A stretch of 64,000 nt of DNA from Alphaproteobacteria bacterium (GTDB lineage: Bacteria > Pseudomonadota > Alphaproteobacteria > CAAHEQ01 > UBA3637). Location: positions 1 through 64,000 of the forward strand of contig JAZUQR010000010.1 of the NCBI GenBank assembly GCA_045605805.1. Direction: 5' to 3'. How positions within the stretch are numbered: position 1 is the stretch's first letter; every line of letters begins with the position of its first letter. Below the pieces are notes generated by a model. That model did no database searches. It worked only from the letters and a program-made list of their open reading frames with translations, and was not told the DNA's origin. The translations under genes were made by a program, and so were the position numbers. Below are positions 41,808 through 50,660 of the stretch, piece after piece.

Positions 41808-42874
41808 TGATTCTGAACATTTGTATCGGGCTTTGCGGCTTGGGTTTTGGCCTTCTTATCGGATGGCTTTTCAGTATTCGGATTCGTGTGCGCTTAAAAC
41901 ATTCTGTACACTTTTTGAAAGCCTTGATTCAACAAAGTTCTGTGGCTTTTTTTTATCAGGATTTACACCATCCTCGCTCGGTTTTTATTTCTGCCAAACT
42001 GGCATTGACTTTTAATCTTAAAACACCCATCAAGTGGGCCGATATTTTATCCTGTTTTGAATTTGCCGAAGCCCAACAGCTGAATCAATCCTATTTAGAT
42101 TTAGTCAACAATGGCAAACCTTTTTCCTTTTTTTTAGAAAACAAAGCACTGGGGGCGCACTTTCTAATTGATGGAACTGCCCTTCACACCACGCATTATC
42201 ATGGTATTTTGATTTCATTTCACGATGTTTCCGAATTGGCCAACAAGTTGCATTTAAGCACTTTGATTGAACAACACAAAAACATTTTGACTCGGGCGAT
42301 GGATTCCCTAAACTTTCCCTTATTTATACGGGACAAAAATGGTTTAACTGTTTTTGCCAACAATGCCGTCAATTACGAAAAAACAAGCACTTTGAACGAA
42401 CTCAGTTGGCTCAGTCTGCCCTTTCAACTGGGGGATTCATATTACACTTTAACCTATGGGCAAGCCACCAAAACAGAAGAAGAACTCAACTTGATTTTGT
42501 CTAATATGGTGGGAGCGCAACGACGGCTTTGTGAGCAACTGCCCTGTGCTGTTTGTTTGTTTAATGCTAACGGCCAGCTGTTGGCCTGTTCGCCCAGCTT
42601 TGCAAAATTATGGCATTTAGACAATCGTTGGATTCAATCCGAACCCTCTTATGAAGATTATTGGGATGTCATTCAAGATAATGGCCTGCTTTCTCGTGTG
42701 TCTGATTTTGCGGAATATAAAAAACAACAACGAGATCAATTTGCCTGTTTAAGTCGGGCGCAAGAGGTTTATTTATACCTGCCCAACGGCAAAATTATCT
42801 GTCGCACTTTAATTCCTTATGTGCAAGGCTGTGTCATTTTGTTGGACGAAGATCATACTGATTTGAAAAAATAA
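41807..42874 (+). CDS. TM + PAS-domain protein resembling the sensor half of DivL, with no kinase domain
   Basis: LPCAVCLFNANGQL...FAKLWHLDNRWIQSEP...DFAEYK...LPNGK...EDHT then stop. Confidence 0.6.
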   Translation: MILNICIGLCGLGFGLLIGWLFSIRIRVRLKHSVHFLKALIQQSSVAFFYQDLHHPRSVFISAKLALTFNLKTPIKWADILSCFEFAEAQQLNQSYLDLVNNGKPFSFFLENKALGAHFLIDGTALHTTHYHGILISFHDVSELANKLHLSTLIEQHKNILTRAMDSLNFPLFIRDKNGLTVFANNAVNYEKTSTLNELSWLSLPFQLGDSYYTLTYGQATKTEEELNLILSNMVGAQRRLCEQLPCAVCLFNANGQLLACSPSFAKLWHLDNRWIQSEPSYEDYWDVIQDNGLLSRVSDFAEYKKQQRDQFACLSRAQEVYLYLPNGKIICRTLIPYVQGCVILLDEDHTDLKK

Positions 42875-42944
42875 CTTTTTTTGCTTGACTTATGCTTTTT
42901 TATGTGTTAGATTCCTGCGCAAGTAATAAGCAAAGGAGGGCCTC

Positions 42945-43130
42945 ATGACCAAGGAAAAGTTAGCACTTTCTGACTTTTTTAAGACTCAAACCGTTGTTTT
43001 TGCCAGCGGGGTGGAGAATAAACAGGAGCATGACAAAGATTCAACTGACTTGCCTATCTGTCGCAGTTGCGTGAAAGTATCGGCAAAGTCTATTAAGCTT
43101 GTGAAGGCCCGCAAAGCATCCGCAAAATAA
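42945..43130 (+). CDS. Small hypothetical protein (61 aa)
   Basis: AGGAGG RBS and TTGACT-N17-TAGATT promoter-like sequence (42885-42913). Confidence 0.55.
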   Translation: MTKEKLALSDFFKTQTVVFASGVENKQEHDKDSTDLPICRSCVKVSAKSIKLVKARKASAK

Positions 43131-43170
43131 ACTTGCCTTTTTGTCAAAAGTATGCTATATTCTTTTGCGT

Positions 43171-43246
<76 letters not shown>

Positions 43247-43419
43247 TGTGATAAAGCCCTCTTTCAAATGAGGGCTTTTTCTTTTAACTGTAAGGTTTTC
43301 GCTGAGTCCAATAATGGCAACATCAAAAAATGCTAAAAATCGAGAATTATCGGACTCTTAAATCAAAAATAACCCCTATCGATATGGCAATAGAGGTTAG
43401 AAACTAAAGAAATTTCAAT

Positions 43420-43950
43420 TCATAATACAATCCACCAACGTTGAATAATATGATTTGGATTCTTGGGGTCTTCTTTTTCTGATTCAAGTATTCCCCCATT
43501 TTTTTGGATTACTTTTTGAGAAGCAATATTGTCTTTATAACATGTTATTAAAATTTTCTTTTCTTTTCTTATTTTATAAAGTTCCAAAACTTGTCTCAAT
43601 GCTTCGGTTGCATATCCTTTTTTCCGTTCTCTTGGCTTTATATAATAGGCAACATGCCCTAATCTTTCAAAATAATCGCCTGTAATTTTATACCGCATAT
43701 CCAAAGTACCAACAATCACTCCACTTTTCATGTCTAATATCCAATACAGACACGAAGGAACATCTCGTGGGTGAATGTTGATACCTTGTTCTCTGTTTTT
43801 TAATCTCATATACATTGTGGAATAATCCTCATCGGGACGATATGCGTGTCCCAATTCAGAAACCTCATTAGCACACTTTGCTTCATTTAATAAATCAATA
43901 AAGCTATCTTGCCATTTAGGTTGAGGATGTATCAATTGTATATTACTCAT
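43420..43950 (-). CDS. GNAT-family N-acetyltransferase
   Basis: GHVAYYIKPRERKKGYATEAL, ILITCYKDNIASQKVIQKNGG. Confidence 0.9.
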   Translation of the reverse strand: MSNIQLIHPQPKWQDSFIDLLNEAKCANEVSELGHAYRPDEDYSTMYMRLKNREQGINIHPRDVPSCLYWILDMKSGVIVGTLDMRYKITGDYFERLGHVAYYIKPRERKKGYATEALRQVLELYKIRKEKKILITCYKDNIASQKVIQKNGGILESEKEDPKNPNHIIQRWWIVL

Positions 43951-44051
43951 TATTTATGGGAACTCCTAAAATTTTGTGCATAACACCAGTTGCACTTATT
44001 ATTACAAGAACGATTGGTTGTAAACCAAACAGTAGAAGGAATAATTTCCAT
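43950..44051 (-). pseudogene. 33-aa N-terminal remnant of a radical SAM protein
   Basis: Manual translation MEIIPSTVWFTTNRSCNNKCNWCYAQNFRSSHK*; CxxxCxxC motif; GGAGG RBS at 44058-44062; TAATG overlap with the GNAT start. Confidence 0.75.
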
Positions 44052-44316
44052 TTGACACCTCCTATCGTCTAATGGTGTAACAAAAAAGTATCAAAATGTC
44101 AAACTATTTTATTATTCAACATATTTTTTGTAGTTTTTCTTTTAATTCTTCTGTAATAGTGGGCCGATAAGCGCAAAGCAGCCCGCACCATGTGATAAAG
44201 TTCTCTTTCAAATGAGGGCTTTTTTTATTTCAATATCAATTTGCCTATATTTTTTGCTTGATTTTGGGAAAGATTCGGGGCATACTCAAAGAAAACCAAA
44301 GTATGGGAGGTGGCTT

Positions 44317-44934
44317 GTGTCTTTATCTCGCTTGGAGGCGGAAGGCCTGATTGAAATCTTAAAACAGAAAGAATTGAGTTTAGGGAGAGCTCCCAACACT
44401 TGGTACACTTTTCACAATCATGTTTTTGGGGCGGCGCAAGTCGCCCAAATTTTATCCGAAAAAATAGACGGGATGAATCCGGATGAAATGTATGTTTTGG
44501 CTTTACTGCACGATATTTCCAGAACAGAAGAAGACAGAGAACAACGCTTTCATGGCATTTTAGGATATGAAAAATTAAAAGACATTGATGAAAAGGCGGC
44601 ACGGTCTGCGCTGTCACACATGTTTGTGTTTCATCAGCTTCCGGATTATACCGTATGCGCACCCATGTTTTATCACAAAAAAGAAGATTATGATTTTGTG
44701 GCCAATTTTTTAAGCAACACCCACCTCAGTGATGAAGATTTATTGATTCAACTGGCCGATTCTTTGTCTAACAAATATGGCTTTGTGACGATTGACCAAC
44801 GCTTAAATGAATATGCCAAACGCCATCCAACGGCCGACTTACAACCGATTTATGAAAAAGCTGTACGCTTAAAAAATTACTTTGATGACAGAATCGGAGA
44901 AGATGTGTACAAGGTATTACATATATCTGTATAA
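44317..44934 (+). CDS. HD-domain phosphohydrolase
   Basis: FHNHV...ALLHDISR...FHGILGY...LSH...LADS; GTG start after GGAGG. Confidence 0.85.
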   Translation: MSLSRLEAEGLIEILKQKELSLGRAPNTWYTFHNHVFGAAQVAQILSEKIDGMNPDEMYVLALLHDISRTEEDREQRFHGILGYEKLKDIDEKAARSALSHMFVFHQLPDYTVCAPMFYHKKEDYDFVANFLSNTHLSDEDLLIQLADSLSNKYGFVTIDQRLNEYAKRHPTADLQPIYEKAVRLKNYFDDRIGEDVYKVLHISV

Positions 44935-44992
44935 CAAAAGGCTTGCTTCTTTCTTGTTTTTATGATATTTTTTTATAACCGCTGATGAAAGG

Positions 44993-45721
44993 ATGGCTCC
45001 CATGAAAAAGTTTTTTTTATCCCCTTTATGTGCACCGACTTTTGTTTTTGTAATGATGACACTTTTTTATATTACAGCCTATTCTGCCCGTTCCTCGTAT
45101 GGTGTTTTTGATATTGAAAAATTGGGCGTTTCTGAAGTACTTACTTATTTCTTTTATTTTCTTTCTGGGCTTGGTCTTTTATTTTTCTTTAAGGACTATC
45201 TTCGCTCGCCCAAACAAAAAACTTTTTTCGCATTGGTGTTTTTATGGTTGATTACTTTGTTTCGGGAAATGGGGGCGCAAAAATGGCTGACTCAACATGA
45301 TTCTACCGCCATCAAAATTCGCTTTTTTACAAACCCAAACAACCCTTGGTATGAAAAAGTTGTTGCCGGAGCTTTAATTCTGATTGTTCTTTCGGTTGTG
45401 TTATGGCTTCTTATCAAGTATTTCAAAAAAATGATTATTGGTTTTTTCCAATTTCATCCCCTTTACTGGACCATTGCTACCTTTGGTGGGTTGGGGATAT
45501 TGACACAATTAGCCGATCGTTTTCCTGCAAACTATGCCAAGTATATGGGTACAAAGTTGGGTGAACCTGTTAGATTTGCCTGTAAGATTTTGGAAGAAGG
45601 CGGTGAGGCCTTATTGCCAATTTTGTTTTTAATCGCTTTGATACAATATCACCTTATTCGTTGTAAAAAGATTTCTCAAAGCGGCGGTGAATCCACAAAT
45701 ACTGTTCCGGATTCTGTTTAA
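44993..45721 (+). CDS. Hypothetical multi-pass membrane protein
   Basis: About six hydrophobic segments; FRE and LEEGGE charged intramembrane motifs. Confidence 0.7.
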   Translation: MAPMKKFFLSPLCAPTFVFVMMTLFYITAYSARSSYGVFDIEKLGVSEVLTYFFYFLSGLGLLFFFKDYLRSPKQKTFFALVFLWLITLFREMGAQKWLTQHDSTAIKIRFFTNPNNPWYEKVVAGALILIVLSVVLWLLIKYFKKMIIGFFQFHPLYWTIATFGGLGILTQLADRFPANYAKYMGTKLGEPVRFACKILEEGGEALLPILFLIALIQYHLIRCKKISQSGGESTNTVPDSV

Positions 45722-46556
45722 TCCAATCCCAATAGATATTATTGATGTGAGTCATCACTTCAAGTAATGTTTTTTGATAATCCAAGCCTTGTGGGATTTT
45801 GACTTTCTCGGTGACAGTGAATGTCAGTGTTTTATCGGGTTGACGAATCCCTTTCATCATAAAAATTTCGGCTTGTTTTTTAATGGCCAGCGAAACCATG
45901 GCAGTTGGGGTCATTGAGGACTTGCCAAAAAAAGGAACTTCCATCCCTTCACGCAATTTTTGGTCACACAAAATGGCAATAAAATCGCCTTTTGATAGGG
46001 TTTCAATCATCAACCTTGCCCCTGCACTGCCTTTGGGGATTTTAACGCCCTGCCTTCTGTCAAACAACAATTTATCCAACCATGGATTATTGGCTTTTCT
46101 GTACACCGGATTCATATGAAAATCGGGGGCAATCTGTTTGGTGATATCTATTTCCCAGTTGCCGATATGTGCTGAACACACAAAGCCCCCCTTGCCCGTT
46201 TTCATGGCTTGACGCAACAGATCAAAATTGACAAAGTTTGTTTGTTGAAGTACCTTTTGATTATGAGCCGCTTCGGCAAAAACCATGCCAAAATGACGCC
46301 ACATTTTTTTGATGATTTCTTTTTTTTGCGCCAATGTTTTATCTGGCAGACCAAGGCTCATATTTTTTAAGGCAATTTGGTTGCGTCTTTTGGCAAAAGT
46401 GCCAATAAAAGCCCCCATGCCAGCGCCAAAGCCTCTGGCCATATTTAACGGAAGCACACGCAATACAATGCACACAAATAACATCCCAAGCCCAACCAAA
46501 GGGTCTTCAATAAACTTTTTCAGTGGAGGTCTTTTCGCTTGACGAATCTGTACCAT
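45654..46556 (-). CDS. lpxL: Lipid A secondary acyltransferase (LpxL/HtrB family)
   Basis: SAHIGNWE, LCDQ, VPFFG, PEQYLWIHRRF; waaA-lpxK-lpxL operon. Confidence 0.9.
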   Translation of the reverse strand: MVQIRQAKRPPLKKFIEDPLVGLGMLFVCIVLRVLPLNMARGFGAGMGAFIGTFAKRRNQIALKNMSLGLPDKTLAQKKEIIKKMWRHFGMVFAEAAHNQKVLQQTNFVNFDLLRQAMKTGKGGFVCSAHIGNWEIDITKQIAPDFHMNPVYRKANNPWLDKLLFDRRQGVKIPKGSAGARLMIETLSKGDFIAILCDQKLREGMEVPFFGKSSMTPTAMVSLAIKKQAEIFMMKGIRQPDKTLTFTVTEKVKIPQGLDYQKTLLEVMTHINNIYWDWIKQNPEQYLWIHRRFEKSFYNE

Positions 46557-47526
46557 TCAGCACTCCTTTTAACAACTGCCATACCTGTTCCGGATTATCA
46601 AAAACAAACTTACCAGGCACCACAAAAACACTTTGTCGCATTTCTTTTGGAATTTTAACACCATCTTTTTCTGTAGTCAACAAGGGTAATGATTTTGCTT
46701 TTTTCTTGATGGCCTCTATATCAAATCGGGTATAAAAATAATGGTCTGGAAAATCTTGATAGCCCGCCACTTGAATGCCTTTTTCTGACAAGGAATCATA
46801 GAACTTTTTAGGATTGCCCAAGCCTGCAAAAGCATATACCTGTTTGCCACGGAACATAGATACCACCACTTCATCCAGCACAAAATGCCCTGTCACTATG
46901 GGTAGATTGATGCCGTTGCGTTCCAAATAAAAACGCACACCCCATGTATCTTCACCGGCCAATATAATGGCATTGGCTCGCTTTAAGCCTTCCAAAACAG
47001 GTTCACGCAAAGGGCCGGCCGGCAAAACTTTTTCATTTCCAAACCCTTTTTTACCATCAATAACCACAAAGGAAAAATCTTTTTTCAATGTTGGATTTTG
47101 ATATCCGTCATCCATAATCAAGGCTTTTGCCCCCCATTTTTCGGCAATTTGTGCCCCTTTATAGCGTTTGGCGCTGACCACCGTTGGGGCCACTTCATTT
47201 AACAACAAGGCTTCATCCCCCACATCAATAGCCGAATGCGTTCTTTTATCCACCAAAACCCCTTGTTTTTCGGCTTTATATCCATGATTCAGATAGTAAA
47301 AACTTTTTCCGTTTTCGTGCAACAGATGCCCCAACGATATGGCCACAGGGGTTTTGCCAACACCCCCCACAAAGATATTGCCCACACAGATGACCGGCAT
47401 TTGTGCCTGATATTTTGGCTTTTTCTTGACACGATGTTTTGTCATCATCGCATAAACCAGACTTGCCGGCTTTAACAAGGTACTTAAAATACTTTTTTCT
47501 TTTGACCAAAACTTTGGTGTTTTCAT
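46507..47526 (-). CDS. lpxK: Tetraacyldisaccharide 4'-kinase
   Basis: PVICVGNIFVGGVGKTP, VGDEALLL, MDDGYQN, LPAGPLREP, TTEKD. Confidence 0.95.
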   Translation of the reverse strand: MKTPKFWSKEKSILSTLLKPASLVYAMMTKHRVKKKPKYQAQMPVICVGNIFVGGVGKTPVAISLGHLLHENGKSFYYLNHGYKAEKQGVLVDKRTHSAIDVGDEALLLNEVAPTVVSAKRYKGAQIAEKWGAKALIMDDGYQNPTLKKDFSFVVIDGKKGFGNEKVLPAGPLREPVLEGLKRANAIILAGEDTWGVRFYLERNGINLPIVTGHFVLDEVVVSMFRGKQVYAFAGLGNPKKFYDSLSEKGIQVAGYQDFPDHYFYTRFDIEAIKKKAKSLPLLTTEKDGVKIPKEMRQSVFVVPGKFVFDNPEQVWQLLKGVLNGTDSSSEKTSTEKVY

Positions 47527-48791
47527 GCCACAATTCCCCGTTCTTTCAAACATTGATACAGGCGATCCAACACAGCCATTTCACTGGTGGCTGTGGCATG
47601 GGCTTTTTCATTTAACTGAACTTGCTTTTCGGGGTTCTTTAACAAATCTTTGATTGTTTCCAGCAATTCTTTTTCATCTTTCACTTCCAACAAGGCTTGT
47701 TTTTCCTTACCAGATTGAACAATTTCTTTGAAGTTAAACGCATAAGGGCCAATAATCACCGATTTAGACAGACTCATCGGTTCCAACATATTTTGGCCTC
47801 CAAATGGAATGAGGCTGCCCCCCACCAAAACAATGGGGGCCAACCGATAGAGCAGGCCCATTTCACCAATGGTATCAGCCAGATATACATCTGTGCTTGC
47901 GGTGATTTCTTCGTTGCGAGAACGACGGGCCACCGTCAAGCCGTTTTTTATGAACATTTTTTCAATGTCATCCGCCCGATTGGGGTGACGTGGCACATTT
48001 ATTGTTAAAATGTTGGGCCAAATCTTTTTTAATTCGTGGTGTACAAAGGCCATTTTTTCTTCCTCATTATGATGCGTTGAGGCGCCCGACCAACAGGGGC
48101 GATTGCCAATGGCTTTTTGAATTTTTTCCAATTCAGCCGCATCAAACGGAGAAGGCGGTGCCGCATATTTTATATTCCCCACACAATCCGTTGCCGGACT
48201 GCCCAAAACCTGTAATCTGCGGGTGTTTTCGGGAGATTGCCCCAAAGTTAAAGTAAAAAATTTTAACAACGATTTAACAAACCATTTGGATTTTTGCCAA
48301 CGGGCAAAGGACTTATCCGAAATACGCCCATTTAATAAAACCAGCGGTATCCCTTCTTTATGAATAGCTGTCAACAAACTTGGCCAAAAGTCAGATTCAA
48401 ACCACAGCACGGCATCGGCCTTAAAATGACGCACAAATGAACGAGCCCCCCATGGAGAATCAATTGGAATAAATTGATGAAAAGCTCGGGGTGGCAACCT
48501 CTTGGCCATTAAATCGGCCGAGGTGACTGTGCCGCTTGTCACCATTATATTCAATTCAGAATCCATTTCCAACAACTTGTTTATCAAGGGCATCATAGAC
48601 AAACATTCACCCACGCTGGCCCCATGCATCCAAATCAATTTGCCTTGGGGACGGGGCTTTTTCGGATGTCCCAAGCGTTCACAGAATCTGCTTTTATTTT
48701 CTTTTCCTTTTAACAGGCGTATCCAAAACCACACCACCAAAAAGGGTGTCAATAACACAAAAATCACTCGGTATAAAAATAAAGCTATCAT
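47523..48791 (-). CDS. waaA: Kdo transferase
   Basis: IWMHGASVGE, ESDFWP, PRHPNR, ADTIGEMG, GGQNMLEP. Confidence 0.95.
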   Translation of the reverse strand: MIALFLYRVIFVLLTPFLVVWFWIRLLKGKENKSRFCERLGHPKKPRPQGKLIWMHGASVGECLSMMPLINKLLEMDSELNIMVTSGTVTSADLMAKRLPPRAFHQFIPIDSPWGARSFVRHFKADAVLWFESDFWPSLLTAIHKEGIPLVLLNGRISDKSFARWQKSKWFVKSLLKFFTLTLGQSPENTRRLQVLGSPATDCVGNIKYAAPPSPFDAAELEKIQKAIGNRPCWSGASTHHNEEEKMAFVHHELKKIWPNILTINVPRHPNRADDIEKMFIKNGLTVARRSRNEEITASTDVYLADTIGEMGLLYRLAPIVLVGGSLIPFGGQNMLEPMSLSKSVIIGPYAFNFKEIVQSGKEKQALLEVKDEKELLETIKDLLKNPEKQVQLNEKAHATATSEMAVLDRLYQCLKERGIVA

Positions 48792-48854
48792 TTTTTCTCA
48801 CTTTTTGTTAAAATACAAAGGTATTTTAGCAAACTTTGAATCAAAAGGCAACAG

Positions 48855-49376
48855 ATGATTGGACTTTATGCACAAAATCAAAATACTGTTTCACAATTAT
48901 TGCTTTTATCGGAGGGATTACCGATTGAGGCCTATCATCCCGACCATTCTTATTCACATATTATTTGCTTGGATGATTGCCCTCCAAAAAATAATGCCAT
49001 TATTTTAACTAAGGCCGATTTAGGGGTGCCTTTGTCTGGCACAGAGTGGCGATTATTTATTCAAAAAATAAGTGCCGCTTCTGTGCATTACCGCAACGAT
49101 TGGTTTTATTTTGATGCTTCTTTACGCTTGATTACAAACTTAAAAACCGCAAAAGCCATCTCTTTAACCGAAAAAGAAACGGATATTTTGGCGTTTTTGG
49201 TTCAATCCAAGAACCATCAATGCACCAAAGAGATGATGCTTCAATCTGTTTGGGGATATCATCCCGATGCAGAAACACATACCTTGGAAAGCCATTTCTA
49301 TATCCTTAAACAAAAGTTGGGGCAAGATATAGTCCATTTATTACAAATGAAAGACGCTGTTCTTTTCCTTCTTTAA
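48855..49376 (+). CDS. OmpR/PhoB-type winged-helix protein with a degenerate receiver domain
   Basis: LTEKETDILAFL, VWGYHPDAETHTLESHFYILKQKL; N-terminal half lacks a recognisable receiver. Confidence 0.8.
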   Translation: MIGLYAQNQNTVSQLLLLSEGLPIEAYHPDHSYSHIICLDDCPPKNNAIILTKADLGVPLSGTEWRLFIQKISAASVHYRNDWFYFDASLRLITNLKTAKAISLTEKETDILAFLVQSKNHQCTKEMMLQSVWGYHPDAETHTLESHFYILKQKLGQDIVHLLQMKDAVLFLL

Positions 49377-50021
49377 TTATTCTTCCATCAAAGCGCCTTG
49401 TGTGGCTTGTGGCAACCCCACACCCATGTTTGTATTTTCATTTGGTATTTGACCTTGTGTTGATGGTTGTCCTTGTGGCTGGGCTTGATTATCTTGTGTT
49501 GCAGGTTGTACAGAGGTCACGCCATAGAGCAACATTTGATTGAGTTTATCTTGCAATTCCGTATCTCGCAAAACAGGGTTTTTGGACAAATACCAAAGGA
49601 TATTCCTTCCAAAATCATCTGTAACCAACACATCCGCATTTGCTTGCATCAACAATTCCATCATCGCAGCATTTGGCGCATAACAAGCCGCAAACAAAAT
49701 CAATGGGATTTGTTTGGGTGCCCCTGCAATTGGGAACGCATCCAAGCTGACCATATCAGAAGCCCGTTTGGGCGATTGCTTCAACAGAGCCTCCAATATC
49801 TTGGGATTTCCTCGGCGAATGGCTAATTGCATCACTGAACCACCACAACGCACCGGTTTGTCAAACTCTGCCCCACGGGCAATTAAATTGTTGATTTGTT
49901 CTTCGTTTCTTGCCTTGGTAATCAATTCTTGAAACGGTGATAACACACATTCCACATTTCTTTGTGCCATTGCTGGCAATGCAGCGATTACACAAACAGA
50001 TAACAATAAAAACTTTTTCAT
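49377..50021 (-). CDS. Exported ankyrin-repeat-like protein with Gln-rich tail
   Basis: Signal peptide; LAIRRGNPKILEALL and LLMQANADVLVTDDFGRN ankyrin-like motifs. Confidence 0.6.
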   Translation of the reverse strand: MKKFLLLSVCVIAALPAMAQRNVECVLSPFQELITKARNEEQINNLIARGAEFDKPVRCGGSVMQLAIRRGNPKILEALLKQSPKRASDMVSLDAFPIAGAPKQIPLILFAACYAPNAAMMELLMQANADVLVTDDFGRNILWYLSKNPVLRDTELQDKLNQMLLYGVTSVQPATQDNQAQPQGQPSTQGQIPNENTNMGVGLPQATQGALMEE

Positions 50022-50039
50022 TTTTCCCCCTTCTTTTTT

Positions 50040-50660
50040 TTATTCTTTATATGGATTATGAAAGATAAAAATGGTTTTGTCAACAGGAATGTTTTGTTTA
50101 ATATCAAAAAGCGATACTGTTGATTTTATTCCTTGTACATCCAACACATCCCATTGTTTCAGCTGTAATGTTTCTTTATCAATCACCAGTGTCAATTCGC
50201 CCAACTCTTTGGCCTCTTTTTTATGGGCGGTAATAAAATATTCATCCAACACATCTTGGACATCAGTCACCACAAAACCTTCATCATCAAACACAAGTTT
50301 TTCCCGCAAAATCCATTCCACAGGTGTGCTGTTCAAATCAAAATAATTCACTTCTTCCATATCTTTATCATGATAGATAAATGCCCCTTGGGTGGCCACA
50401 AACTCCAATGGAGAGCCTTGTTCATAGACAAGACGCATTTGGCCGGGGCGGGAAATATAAATTGTGCCGGTGTGCAGCTCATCTTTCATTTTAGAATTGA
50501 ATTGGGCAAACTTGGCCTGCAACGAATGCATTTTATTATAAGCCTTTTCCACCTTTGTTAAAATGGCCCGATTTGCTTTGGTATCAATATCTTTATCCAC
50601 AAGAGCAAGGCTTGGTGTAGCCATACATATACTTATCCACAACAATATCCATTTTTTCAT
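50040..50660 (-). CDS. lolA: Outer-membrane lipoprotein carrier LolA
   Basis: SLQAKFAQ, GTIYISRPGQMRLVY, LKQWDVLD; directly after ftsK. Confidence 0.88.
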   Translation of the reverse strand: MKKWILLWISICMATPSLALVDKDIDTKANRAILTKVEKAYNKMHSLQAKFAQFNSKMKDELHTGTIYISRPGQMRLVYEQGSPLEFVATQGAFIYHDKDMEEVNYFDLNSTPVEWILREKLVFDDEGFVVTDVQDVLDEYFITAHKKEAKELGELTLVIDKETLQLKQWDVLDVQGIKSTVSLFDIKQNIPVDKTIFIFHNPYKE

